Positions 39,036 to 52,305 are shown, counted from the stretch's first letter. The stretch is 64,000 nucleotides of DNA from Octopus vulgaris (GCA_951406725.2 OX597820.1:37014001-37078000); one strand, 5' to 3'. The notes: generated from the sequence alone by a model not told the origin. Translations and numbers: made by a program.

Positions 39036-40413
39036 TATATATATATATATATAATGTATATTATTTACAAAAAAATGTGTATATAAATTGTGTTATATAT
39101 ATATATGAACAACAGCCATTTACAATTCATAAAAATTGTTCCAATAAGAAAGCAAAAGATACATTTTAAATTTAAACAAAATATATTGTTTATTATAAAA
39201 TTTTAAAATATACAATTACAATTGTAAAAAATTACAATCAGAAATTTTATAGTTAATTAACCTAAATTTGTAATCATTACTTATAACCTACAAATTAAAC
39301 TATTTTGACGTTATCACCAAATATCATTACAAAATATCTGGAAATATTGATTACTCTTTTAAACATTTTACAGGTGTTCATATAGTGTTTAATAATGTTA
39401 CTATGATTCTATATAAATACATTTGTTAGTGATTAATAATTATTACGCTGATAACAAACATTTGTTTGTTTGATAATGTTATTATGGTGATAGTCAACAT
39501 TTACTGTTAAAGAAAATAGCTAATATCTTAGCTAAGTCAGTACAGGATAATGTTAGCTTGGATGTAATTCATGTTCATGTGTAGATGTAGAGTCAGAGAT
39601 GCCATGTTTCTATAAGGACAACTGCAAAAGGTTTTAAGAATAAACCACTAAATCAATCTGAAGAATACTTCTAACAGGATCTCACCTTATGCAGTCTTGT
39701 GTGTGTACTAACACTAGGTACAGATGTAGCCTTGTGAGAGACACTTCACACCAAATATGTACAAAAGTAATTGAAAGAAACAAAGGTTTTGTGGAAGGCT
39801 GACTAAGGACTGAAACATCAGATGCTCTATAAGTACATGAGTAGTTAAAAGTAGCAGGAGCTATAAAACAACTGGAAAATAACAACTTGCAGCAAATTAA
39901 GCATATGCAAGCCTTCACCTAGAATTTGTCTAATTCCACTTCTGTTCATTATAGTTCTGTGTTACAGAATTATAACGAATTCAAACTATCATAACACAGA
40001 GTTCAAAATTATTGAAAATCTGGTTGTAGAAGCAGAATTTGTCAAACAAGTCATGGAATATTTTTTGTAATTTGGGAGAATGATCAGGAGTATAGAGACC
40101 TAAAACGTGGCAAAATTCAAAAATCTACTTAGAAACACAGAGTACAAAATGTGTAGGTTGCTCAACATATAGGTGGGAGTTCAGTATTATGCCTAAAAGT
40201 TTATGAAGGTTTCTGGCAGATTGACTGAGGTTGGGGCATAAGATGCTCTTTAAATACTACATTAGTTAACAGTAGTAGCATCAGCTATTGAATATTCAAC
40301 TGGCCAGAAACTCAGTGCAAATAAATGATGCTAAGTACCTCAGAAAAGCTGCAAGCATTGAAGATTAAAATACAAATAATGTTGATGAGAACTGTATTCT
40401 AGAAAAAATCCCT

Positions 40414-40575
40414 ATCATCATCATCATCGTTTAACGTCCGTTTTCCATGCTAGCATGGGTTGGACGGTTCAACCGGGGTCTGGGAAGCCAGAAGGCTGCA
40501 CCAGGCTCCAGTCTGATCTGGCAGTGTTTCTACGGCTGGATGCCCTTCCTAACGCCAACCACTCCGTGAGTGTAG
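40414..40575 (-). mobile_element. RTE-like LINE 3' tail fragment
   Basis: Near-identical to 25901-26068. Confidence 0.75.
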
Positions 40576-41292
40576 TTATTATTATTATTGTTATTATTAT
40601 TATTCATTTTGTTCAACGTGTACAAGTACGTATGTGTTCAATATTGTTTTATTCAATTTTAGAAAAACTGAAACATGTCATGGACAATTCTAGAACATAT
40701 TGAATTTTGTGCATGACCTTTGGCTCATCCAGTATGTATGTATATGTATGTATGTATGTGTGTGTATGTATATATATATATATATATATATGTATATGTA
40801 TGTATTTTGGCCTGCTGACTTAGTCAGTAGAGTGGCCTCATTAGAAAGCTAAAACGATGCAAAGTGCATTGTGACTAGCGATGTATAACAGCATTCAACA
40901 GCCTGCTCAATCACATGATCATGTGATATATATATGTGTATGGGACACTGCCTTTGTGTGTGTGTGCATGTATGTGTGTGTGGTGGGAGGAAGAAGGAGC
41001 ACACGGATTAGGTGTATATATGCAGGGTTTTTTGGGGAACAAGAATGAAAACGTGTTTGCATGATTAAGTACGCACGTACGTGCATGCGTGTGTGCATGT
41101 ATTTGTGAGTGTGGGTGTGTTAGTCCATATTGATTGTCATGGGGTGGTTTATGTGAGTGTGTAGGTGTTAATGTGTATGTGTAAGGGCATGTGCTTGTTT
41201 GTGTATACATGCCTCTACATGAAACTGTGTGCAGAGACTGTGTGTATGAGAGACAGAGAGAGAGAGAGAAGAAGAGGAAGAAGCAATATGTT

Positions 41293-41716
41293 TTAGTTCT
41301 TGGTGTCATCTCCATTCTTTTGTTGATTATATTGGCGGTGCCACTCCATGTTGGTCTTTGACACTCCTTCGCCCCGTTTTGCAGCCTGTCTCCCGCTGTA
41401 CATCACAATGATGCAAAGGACAATGGTGACAGCAACCATGCAGAGGCTGACATAGACACGGCTCAAGTCTTTGGCTTTGTTGATCACTGATATCGAAATG
41501 TATTCGGGGACATCTTCAACAGATTTATATTTCTTATGCCAAACCAAAACGCGTTTATCAAAATTAGTTGCTCTCTTAAGGTTGGCAGGAGTTCCTTGAA
41601 GTTGTGAAGAAGTACGGATCCCAGGAGTTGAAGCGATTGCCGACGAAAGAATTAGAGCATCGAAGAGAATGTGACAACCGAAGGAGCCGACAACAGAACA
41701 GAAATGATGAAGACAT
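41293..41716 (-). pseudogene. FAM162: Intronless FAM162/UPF0389 (DUF1075)-like sequence with one frameshift; probable retrocopy
   Basis: Core frame LKRATNFDKRVLVWHKKYKSVEDVPEYIS..RVYVSLCMVAVTIVLCIIVMYSGRQAAKRGEGVSKTNMEWHRQYN matches the FAM162/CG9231 family pattern. ATG at 41716 opens an Arg/Ser/Leu-rich presequence-like peptide (MSSSFLFCCRLLRLSHSLRCSNSFVGNRFNS) in a different frame. Confidence 0.8.
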
Positions 41717-42039
41717 ATTTTCTTAATAAATGTTTGGATGTCAATGACAGACGGTGTATAGCGAAACGTAGTTCCCCTGAATAAAATTATTCCGCGTTGC
41801 TGGCCGGTTCCCCCCTTTCTCCTTTCCTATATATGTATATATAAATTTATCATAAAATATATTGTTGATTGTAGAAAACATTTTGCCAAAGCATCTATGG
41901 AATTTTCACCTATAAATAATTTCTAAATAAAGTTCCACTACAGGTACCACAATGGTATGGTCTTTCACTTGTCTGAGCTAAGTTTGTGTTAAAATAAAGA
42001 ACTGCCTTAAGAGTATGTTTTACTACAAATATCAGAGTT

Positions 42040-43203
42040 TTATGGGCTTTCTCCTGTATGAACACGTATGTGAGAAGACAAATGACCTCTTTTAGAAAAT
42101 GTTTTACCACAAATATCACAGTGGTATGGGCTTTCTTCTAAGTGAGTGTGTTTGTGGGAACATAGCTCAACATTTGTAGAAAATGATTCACTACAGATAT
42201 CACAGTGATATGGTTTCTCTCCTGCATGAATATGTTTGGGAAAAGATAAATCATCACTTCTAGAAATTGTTTCATCACCAGTATCATACTGGTATGTTTT
42301 CTCTCCAGTGTGGATACGTTTGTGGGAAGATAAATTACTATTTTGAGAAAATTTTTTACCACAGATGTCACAATGATATGGTTTCCCTCCTGTGTGAACA
42401 AGTTTGTGGCAAGACAAATCACCATTTCTAGAAAATGTTTTACCACAGATATCACATTTAAATGGTCTTTCTCCAGAGTGAATATGTTTGTGGCGAGTCA
42501 ATGAACTGTTTCTAGTGAATCTCTCATCACAGATATCACAGTGATATGGTTTTTCTCCTGTATGAGTAAGCTTGTGAGAAGACAAATGACTACTAACAGA
42601 AAATGTTCTTCCACAGATATCACAGCGATATGGTCTTTCTCCTGTATGAATACGTATATGACAAGACAAATGACCCCTTGTAGAAAATGTTTTATCACAG
42701 ATATCACAGCGGAATGGGCTTTCTCCTGTGTGAATTCGTTTGTGGGTAAATAAGCTACGATTATCAAAGAAGGCTTTACCACAGTCACTACATTGGAAAG
42801 GTTTTTCTCCTGTATGAATACGTTTGTGAGTAGATAAATTACCTTTCTGAGAGAAGTTTTTACCACATGTGTCACAGTGGTATGGTTTTTCTCCAGTATG
42901 AATACGTTTGTGGGCAGATAAACTGCCACTTGTAGAAAAGTTTTCATCACAGATATCACAGTGGTGTAGTTTTTTCCCTGTATGAATACGTTTATGGCAA
43001 GATAACAAATTTCTTGTAGCAAATATTTTATCACAAATTTTACATTGGTACAGCTTTTTGACAGAGTGGATTAATTTATGCTGAATTAAATTCTTTCTTG
43101 TTGTAAATAATTCCTCACAGATATCACAAGGATGTGATTCCTCTTCTGTATTTTCCTGTGTCTGAGTTGATGAATCAATATTTTCAGACTTTTTCTCATC
43201 CAT
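42040..43203 (-). CDS. C2H2 poly-zinc-finger protein, 387 aa from ATG 43203 (ZNF-C); 12 canonical fingers plus 1 internal degenerate finger
   Basis: Tandem C2H2 with TGEKP linkers; N-terminus MDEKKSEN; acceptor TCTTCTTATTTCAG ending at 43747, about 540 nt upstream. Confidence 0.95.
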   Translation of the reverse strand: MDEKKSENIDSSTQTQENTEEESHPCDICEELFTTRKNLIQHKLIHSVKKLYQCKICDKIFATRNLLSCHKRIHTGKKLHHCDICDENFSTSGSLSAHKRIHTGEKPYHCDTCGKNFSQKGNLSTHKRIHTGEKPFQCSDCGKAFFDNRSLFTHKRIHTGESPFRCDICDKTFSTRGHLSCHIRIHTGERPYRCDICGRTFSVSSHLSSHKLTHTGEKPYHCDICDERFTRNSSLTRHKHIHSGERPFKCDICGKTFSRNGDLSCHKLVHTGGKPYHCDICGKKFSQNSNLSSHKRIHTGEKTYQYDTGDETISRSDDLSFPKHIHAGEKPYHCDICSESFSTNVELCSHKHTHLEESPYHCDICGKTFSKRGHLSSHIRVHTGESP

Positions 43204-44142
43204 AACTTTCTCTTTTAATCTATATGATGTGATGATGTTTTGGCTGTTAAGAGAGAACTTCAAGTGGATTTATTATAAAAGAATTTTATAGTAACTAACT
43301 AGTAACTTAAGTGTTATCAAATTGGATCATTTAACTAACAAGATATTTCTAGATATACCAATCCTAACACATGACAGTTTCAATATCATAGTGATTAATC
43401 CCTGTTAAATCAAAATTTCTGAACATAATTTTCCAGTTCATGTCAGCATGGAAGATGATTGTTAAAAGATGATGATTTTTCACAATAGTACAAATTCCTG
43501 CCTGAGGATTGTGGCTGTGCTGCAGCACTACCTATACTAGTGAGGCTGTTACAACAGCCTTCTTCTAAAGATGGCTTACGTAGTTTTGCTACTAATCTTA
43601 ATCCAAAGGAAATATTTTACATTCATTCAACAAAGAGTTGTAGAAATAGGCTGACATTAGCTTGATGAAGTTCTTTTTAGTCTTCAAAAGTTGATAAACA
43701 TGTTGATCTCCAGTGAAATATTAGTATCTCAATGTCATCAGATAATCTGAAATAAGAAGACAACATAAGATATAAGGGACAATGAAGTGTAAACAGAAAT
43801 ATTATTGGAGAGAAGATATTTGACCACAGGCAGCAAAATTAGATTAGCAAGAAACAGCCAGAACATATTTACAGAAGAGAAAAGACTCTGATAAAAAACA
43901 AGATGTGGTGGACTCAATGATAAGGACTATGAATCCAGATCTTAGAATGAAGACCTTCAAATATGACCAGTCTATGGAACATTACCAAATCATTATATAA
44001 ATATTATATCTTCTGATCAAAACAAACATACATATCTACACTATAATAATAACAAAACAGATTACTTCATTTGGTTCAAACTTTTGGTTGTTAGTCTCTT
44101 TGGATATACCTCGATCAATTCTAAAAAACAAAACATTGTATA

Positions 44143-44300
44143 ATGGTGTGGCTGTGTAGTAAAAAGTTGGCTTTCCAACTACATGATTCTGGGTTCAGTC
44201 CAACTATGTCACACTTTGGGCAGGTCTCTTCTACTATAGCCCCGGGCCAACCAAAGTCTTGTTAGTAGATTTGAAACTGAAAGGAGCCTATAATGTGTAT
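44143..44300 (+). mobile_element. SINE 5' part
   Basis: GTGGCTGTGTAGTAAAAAG..GGGTTCAGTCC..CTTCTACTATAGCC family head. Confidence 0.6.
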
Positions 44301-44303
44301 ATA

Positions 44304-44627
44304 TAACTATATAAAAGCATTATTGCTGTTCAAAACAGTAAAAATGAGGCGGTTAGCAAGACTTCTACCATAATAGGTATAATATTAAATATTTGAATAA
44401 AAGAAGGGTAAAAAATACTGCTTGCCAGAGATGAAAGCGAAAGCTTCAAAACCACCTATGATAAATACACACACAAGCAATGCAATGAACACTTTAAAAA
44501 TAGGCCTACCTTCAGGATGTAATTTGAAGATAGTTAACATATTTAATATTATACCTATTAAGGTAGAAGTCTTGCTAACTGCCTCATTATTACTGTTTTT
44601 AACAGCAATAATGCTTTCATATAGTTA
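44304..44627. repeat. ~95-bp inverted repeat with ~130-bp spacer
   Basis: 44304-44399 is the reverse complement of 44531-44627 with few mismatches. Confidence 0.85.
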
Positions 44628-45021
44628 CTTTCTAATTGCTTACAATAGTTTTCTCTTTAAACGGAGCGGGACATTTAAAGTTTGAAATGCACATGTGTTG
44701 ACATAGTGGATATTTTGGAAGTAGATGTTACTATCTCCAACTGAAAATTGAAGAGCATGTTTTCTCATGCACAGCATGAAATCAATCGAAATTGTGGTAC
44801 GTAAACTGTCTTCAAATTCCATCCTCAATCTTTAAACTTAATACATAGGACTTAAGTTTAAAGATTTTTGTTAAGATATTTTGTGTTTGTATTTTATGGT
44901 ATATTATTGCATTTTCTTCGATTTTTCTTGCAAGATTATGTATTTTTATATATATTTATATTTTCTTACAAGATTATATACGTATATTTATATATTTAAT
45001 AATTTTACTGTTTTTATCTTG

Positions 45022-45102
45022 GACCTGAAGAGTGATTATATTTAAATTGAATTGATTTTACTGTTATCAGTTTGAAAATATAGCCAAGAAACATGTGTAG
45101 TC
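45022..45102 (+). ncRNA. Type I hammerhead ribozyme motif
   Basis: GAC CTGAAGA GTGATTATA..TATAGCCAA GAAA CATGTG TA GTC: 3-bp stem I GAC/GTC, minimal near-palindromic stem III, GUA cleavage triplet. Confidence 0.7.
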
Positions 45103-45344
45103 TTTTTACCAATTATATACTTTTTATTTATTTTGTACTTTACTTAATTATTGGTATATGTTTCATCGTATATTTAATTTTTTCTATATGGTATAATTTA
45201 ATTAAATCATTATTTCATTGTTGAATAGCTAAAAGGTGGTTCTTCTCTAATTTATATACATATATATTGTGAAATTTGATTCAGTATTACTAAATTAAAT
45301 TTTTCCCTGTAAGTTTGGAATAATATTTCCTAATATTATTATTA

Positions 45345-45722
45345 TATATACATACATATATATACACACACACACACATATATACACACACACATATATA
45401 TATACACACACATATATATATACACACACACACATATATATATATACACACACACATATATATATACACACACATATATATATACACACACACACACATA
45501 TATATACACACATATATATATATATATATATACATATATATACACACACACATATATATATACACATATATATATACACACACACATATATATATATACA
45601 TACATACATATATATACATATATAAATACATACATACATATATATATACATACATACATATATATATACATACATACATATATATACACATACATATATA
45701 TATACATACATATATATATACA
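45345..45722. repeat. Compound (TA)/(CA)/(TACA) microsatellite
   Basis: Direct reading. Confidence 0.95.
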
Positions 45723-46377
45723 TTAGAATTAGATTGTAAATTTTTTTAGTATAGGTAAAGTATTTAATACTATTGAATTTAATAATAATAATAATAATAA
45801 GTACTTTTTTCACAAATAATTTTATAAACGATAAGTAATACATTATTAGTTTTGGATTTTCTTTTATTTCATTAATTTTTTCGGAATGATAAGTATAAAA
45901 TTTATTTAAGAAATAATGGAGTCATTTATTTATTTATATGTTTATATTGAAAAAATTTTGATTTCTAATAGCTATATTTGTTAATTATAATTTAGATACG
46001 TACTTTTATTTAATTATATAATTTTATTATTTTATAATTATTATATGTGAATAAAAATCTAAAAGTATTAAGTGATTGTTTTGTATAATAATTTGTAACG
46101 TAAAATATTAGAGTATAGCTAGTGAAAAGATATTCTATAGTTTGTTAATGTTATTCTCAAAGCTAAATTATATCTTCACAGATAAATACATTTTTCTATC
46201 TATTTACTCTATTTTTTTACCTTAGGTTTTTAACATGATAAATGTATTATAGGCACATGGTCCTACTTTTTAAGTTTCAAATTTAGTTACGGGGTGTCTT
46301 CTATAAGAACAATTATGATTTTATTTCTTTAAGAAATATTGTTTAATTCTATTTGATTATATTTAACTATTATTGTT

Positions 46378-46479
46378 GACCTGAGGAGTGACTACACTTT
46401 TAAATTGAATTGTTTTTCTATTAGATTTAAATCTAATTGAAATTCGATTTGAAATTATAGACATGAAAATTATATAGTC
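46378..46479 (+). ncRNA. Type I hammerhead ribozyme motif (more degenerate copy)
   Basis: GAC CTGAGGA GTGACTAC..TATAGACAT GAAA ATTATA TA GTC, followed by the same downstream tail as the 45022 copy. Confidence 0.55.
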
Positions 46480-46699
46480 TTTTTACTTATTATATATTGC
46501 TTATTCATTTTTTGCACTTTTTGTGACATAGATATATTTTATTTTTTCTTTATGATTTGGTTTGTGTCTATCATTGTTTGAATTGCTTAATAGTGGTTTT
46601 TCTCTAACTTATATATATTATATATTTATATTGTGAAATTTGATTTAATACTAAATTGAATCTTTTCCCTGTCAGTTTGGAATTATACTCCCTAATATT

Positions 46700-47073
46700 A
46701 TTATTATATATATATATAGAGAAACATATATATACACATATATAGACACACACATATATATATATATACACACATATATATGCACATCTATAGACACACA
46801 CACACACACACATATATGCACATCTATAGACACACACACACACACATATATGCACATCTATAGACACACACACACACACACATATATGCACATATATAGA
46901 CACACACACACATATATATGCACATATATAGACACACACACACATATATATACACATATATAGACACACACACACACACACATATATGCACATATATAGA
47001 CACACACACACACACACACACATATATGCACATATATAGACACACACACACACACATATATGCACATATATAG

Positions 47074-47110
<37 letters not shown>
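46700..47110. repeat. Higher-order minisatellite: (CA)n-TATATGCACAT(C/A)TATAGA units
   Basis: About 10 units of ~32-40 bp with variable CA run length. Confidence 0.9.
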
Positions 47111-47111
47111 C

Positions 47112-48086
47112 ATTATCACGCAATACAAAACCCTGAAAATATTGCGCATCTGCAACATGAGCTGGACACAATATACAGGTGGGCTGAGGACAACAACATG
47201 CAGTTTAATGCAAGTAAGTTCCAGGCCCTGCGCTACTGGCACACAAAGGTAAATGACGTGAAGACTGGATACACTGGCCCAGGAAGAATTGCAATCCCTG
47301 AGTCAAAATCAGTGCGTGACCTGGGCATTGACATGAGCAATGATGCATCTTTCCAAATGCATATTGCTAATCTGGTGATAAAATGCAGACGGCTAGCTGG
47401 ATGGATTCTCCGAACTTTCAGAACAAGAGAGAAGGAGACACTGATGGTCCTATGGAAAACATTCGTCCTCAGCCGCTTGGACTACTGCTCCCAACTTTGG
47501 TCACCACACAATATAAAACAAACAGCAGAACTCAAAGCAATTCAGAGAAGCTACACAAAGAAAATCGTCTCAATGCAAAATGTCAGCTACTGGGAAAGAC
47601 TGAAGGTATTAAACCTCTTCTCCCCGGAGCGGAGGCAGGAGAGATATGCAGTGATATACATCTGGAAAATCCTGGAGGGTCTTGTCCCAAACTTTGGCAT
47701 TCAAAGTTACTCCAACCGCAGAACGGGGCGCCGCTGCGTGGTGCCAAGGATTCCAACATCACCATCAAAATACAGGTCCAGATACTGCAACAGCTTGGGT
47801 TTCAGAGGACCACAGCTCTTTAACATCCTCCCTAAATGCCTGAGAGACTTACATGGTGTGGATGTGGGTTTCTTTAAAAGTAAACTGGATCTCTTCTTGT
47901 TGGGAGTCCCAGATGAACCTACCTCACGACAGGAGACACGGATGCGGGCAGCAGCATCGAACTCTCTTGTTGATCAAGTGCCACGTATCAGAGGTGGATT
48001 CACAAACTAGTGTAGCTCATTCAGCGGTGGTGCCCCAGCATGGCCGCGGCCTTCGGGCTATAACATTTTTAAGGATTTTAAGGATT
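47112..48086 (+). mobile_element. 5'-truncated CR1/L2-group LINE 3' end, open reading frame retained
   Basis: LQHELDTIYRWAEDNNMQFNASK..VRDLGI..LDYCSQLWSP..GPQLFNILP; ~300 codons without stops; short TTTAAGGA tail; embedded in microsatellite. Confidence 0.85.
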
Positions 48087-48895
<809 letters not shown>

Positions 48896-49810
48896 GAATA
48901 GCCTGGGCAAAATTTAGAAAGCTTCTACCTCTACTGATGACAAAGGGCCTCTCGCTCAGAGTGAAAGGTAGATTGTACAATGTATGTGTGCGAACTGCCA
49001 TACTTCACAGCAGTGAAACAGGGGCCATAACTGTGTAGGCTCGAAAGAAATGAAGCTAGCATGATCTGCTGGATGTGTAATGTCAGTGTGCACACATGAG
49101 AGACTGTAAATGCCCTGAGAGAAATGTTGGACATAAGAAGCATTGGATGTGGCATACAAGAGAGATGTCTGCGCTGGTATGGTCATGTACTATGGATGGA
49201 TGAGGAGAGATGTGTGAACAAGTGCCACTCACAAACAGTTGAAGGAATCCGGGGTAGAGGTAGACCCAGGAAGACATGGGATGAGGTGGTCAAGCATGAC
49301 CTTTGAACGTTGGGCCTCACGGAGGCAATGACGAAAGATCGAGACCTCTGGAGATATGCTGTGACTGCGAAGACCCGACAAATAATGTGAGTTCATGGCT
49401 GTTTCACATAGAAGCCCCAGCCCATCCAAAGTGCCTTGGATCACAGGACGGCCTGCTGTGCTTACCTTGGATCATAGAGTGACCTGCTGTGCTTGAGGAG
49501 ACCTATTAAGTCAAGTACATCAACATCAAAAAATCAAATGGAAATTGTAGTTGCAATACTTGTGCCGGTGGCACATAAAAAGCACCAACCAATTGAGGCC
49601 GTTGCCAGCCTACCCTGGCACCTGTGCCGGTGGCACATAAAAGGCTCCCACTACACTCACAGAGTGATTGGCATTAGAAAAGGCATCCAGCTGTAGAAAC
49701 AGTGCCAGATCAGACAGGAGCTTGGTGCAGCCTCCTGGCTTCCCAAACCCCGGTCGAACCGTCCAACACATGCTAGCATGGAAAACGGACGTTAAACGAT
49801 GATGATGATG
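48896..49810 (+). mobile_element. RTE-like LINE 3' fragment
   Basis: [34 protein letters not shown], then 3'UTR and (GAT)n tail. Confidence 0.9.
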
Positions 49811-49842
49811 ATATATACATATATATATACATATGCATACAT

Positions 49843-49882
<40 letters not shown>

Positions 49883-49897
49883 CATATGCATACATTA

Positions 49898-49929
<32 letters not shown>

Positions 49930-49951
49930 CACACACACACACATACATATA

Positions 49952-51233
49952 CAGGGTGTCTCAATAATATGCATACACACTTTTAATACCTATAAAGGCA
50001 ATAATTATTAGTATACATAGGTTTTTTTTTATAAGTATTATGATCTACAAACATAATTGAAACACATTTAAATACCCGAAAATAATTTATATTCAACAAT
50101 TTATACAAAGCAGAATCCCTTTTAATACAATTTGTTAAGGATTTTGTGATCGTCTGTTTTCAAACTGATATCCATTCTGATTCAGACATTTTTGTCAATG
50201 GGAAGTGATAGAATTAATAACAGCTAGTTAGTTACTTGAGTGCATTCGTTTTCATTGCCATCTCTCAGTTCAGCAATTGTTGTTGGTGTCGTAGCATACA
50301 CTTTATCTTTTAAGTATCCCCATAAGAAAAAATCTAAAGTGAGTCTGGTGAATGAGGAAGGTATTTTACAAAAGCTCTTCTTCCAATCTACCAGGGTGGC
50401 AAGATTTCATTAAGGTAGGACTGTACATCACGATGGCAGTGTGGTGGTGCTTCACCTTTCAACACATTTCTAATGCTTGAAATGATAGACTGTTGCAGCA
50501 TTATCAAGTAAATGAGACCAGTCACTGTAGCATCAAAAAGGAATGTTCCAATTAATCCTCTGGATGTAGTAGCACACCAAACTGTACTTCCTGGTAAATT
50601 AACTTCTTGTTCCACTGTAACATGCAAATTTGAGTCCCCCCACCCCGCCCAAATGAACAGTTGTGACAAACCATTTAATTTAAATGTAACTTCATCACTC
50701 CACACTTTTGTCGCAAAATGTGCATCTTCTGAGCATTTTGCCAAGTACTAAGCATGGGTGAATGTAGGGATATAACTTTCCCATTTCTAGTAATTTAAAA
50801 TGGACAGATGCACTTGAAATCCCCATGTCTCAGCTTGCATGCCGCAAAGATTTTTGGGACTACTTTGAAAATTTTCCTTTACCATTTCTTCCTTTATGGG
50901 GATCTTTGATGTCCATGGTCTTCCAGAATGGTTCTTATGCACATCCTGCACTGTTCCATCAGATTCAACCTTATTAAAGATTTGAGAGATGGTTACACGC
51001 ATAGGTGGATTCTGAATGAAATTGTCTTTTATAATGTCTTTGGACTTAAACTGTTTTCATATTTCCAATAGCGTTTTAGGATGAATGTCCTTTGTTCAAA
51101 GCTAATGCATCATGCCATCGCCTATTCTTATAGACATATCTGAAAATAAAATAAAAAGTATTTGAGTTATCTACTAATAATTATTGCCTTTATAGGAATT
51201 CAAAGTGTGTATATATTTTATAGACACACCCTA
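49952..51233 (-). mobile_element. Tc1/mariner-superfamily element (DD37D/maT-like), degenerate
   Basis: ~62-bp TIRs CAGGGTGTCTC..CCTATAAAGGCAATAATTATTAGTA flanked by TA; [16 protein letters not shown], (G)APPH and DFFLWGYLKDKVY remnants. Confidence 0.85.
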
Positions 51234-51488
51234 TATCTATATTTGTGTGTATGTAGAAAAACACACACACACATATTTACACATATGTATACACACACAT
51301 ATATATGAATATAAATATACATATATACATATCTATATACACACGCACATATGAATATAAATATATATACATATGTATATATACATATAAACACAAACAT
51401 GTATATATATATAGACATAAATATATACATGAATATAAATATATATACATATATAAACATATATATATATATATGTGTGTGTGTGTTC

Positions 51489-51521
<33 letters not shown>

Positions 51522-51744
51522 GAATATATAGCTGAAAAAATATATATGCATAGATATAAATATCAATATCAATATATATACATTTATATATGAATATCAA
51601 TATATATATACATTTATACATGAATATGTATATATATATATACAATAAAAGGTTAAAATTAATTAATCATTTGATTAATTAATAATTAATAATTTTACCA
51701 AATAGATTGGTACGTTAAAATAACCTTTTCAGGTAAAATTATAT

Positions 51745-51969
51745 AAATATTCTATAATTATAAACATAATTATAATTAGGGGTCAGCTAATTGCTTCACC
51801 ACACACCAAATTTAGAGATTGGAGTTAAAATTCCTTTTCTGCTACCGTAAAGATCTCCCCATATAGTAACACACTTTTTGGCAAAATGGAAAAATAACAA
51901 ATCCACAGGACAACATATGTAGCTATTCTGACCCCTAATAATAATAATGTTTATAATTATAGAATATTT
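51745..51969. repeat. ~42-bp inverted repeat with ~140-bp spacer
   Basis: AAATATTCTATAATTATAAACATAATTATAATTAGGGGTCAG versus CTGACCCCTAATAATAATAATGTTTATAATTATAGAATATTT. Confidence 0.8.
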
Positions 51970-52028
51970 GTGTATGTATGTATGTATGTATGTATGTATG
52001 TGTATATATGTACATGTATTAATATAAA

Positions 52029-52061
<33 letters not shown>

Positions 52062-52065
52062 GGAT

Positions 52066-52305
52066 ATGGTGGCATGTAAAAAACACCATCTAAGCATAGC
52101 CGTTGCCAGTACCACCTGACTGGCCCTCGTGCCGGTGGCACATACAAGCACCAACAACACTCAGAGTGGTTGGTGTTAGGAAGGGCATCCAGCTGTAGAA
52201 ACTCTGCTAGATCAAGATTGAGCCTGGTGCAGCCATCTGGTTCACCAGTTGTCAGTCAAATCGTCCAACCCTTGCTAGCATGGAAAGCGGATGTTAAACG
52301 ATGAA
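52066..52305 (+). mobile_element. RTE-like LINE 3' tail fragment
   Basis: GTTAGGAAGGGCATCCAGCTGTAGAAAC..GCTAGCATGGAAAGCGGATGTTAAACGATG. Confidence 0.7.

Noticed and set aside
39421-39510. Possible distant 3' TIR of the pogo element
   Set aside because: Only vague TGATAA periodicity, 28 kb away, with no real reverse-complement match to 9140-9200.
43204-43263. N-terminal extension of ZNF-C given in the ORF track (407 aa)
   Set aside because: It starts at a non-ATG codon; the first ATG (43203) gives an N-terminus matching the paralogues.
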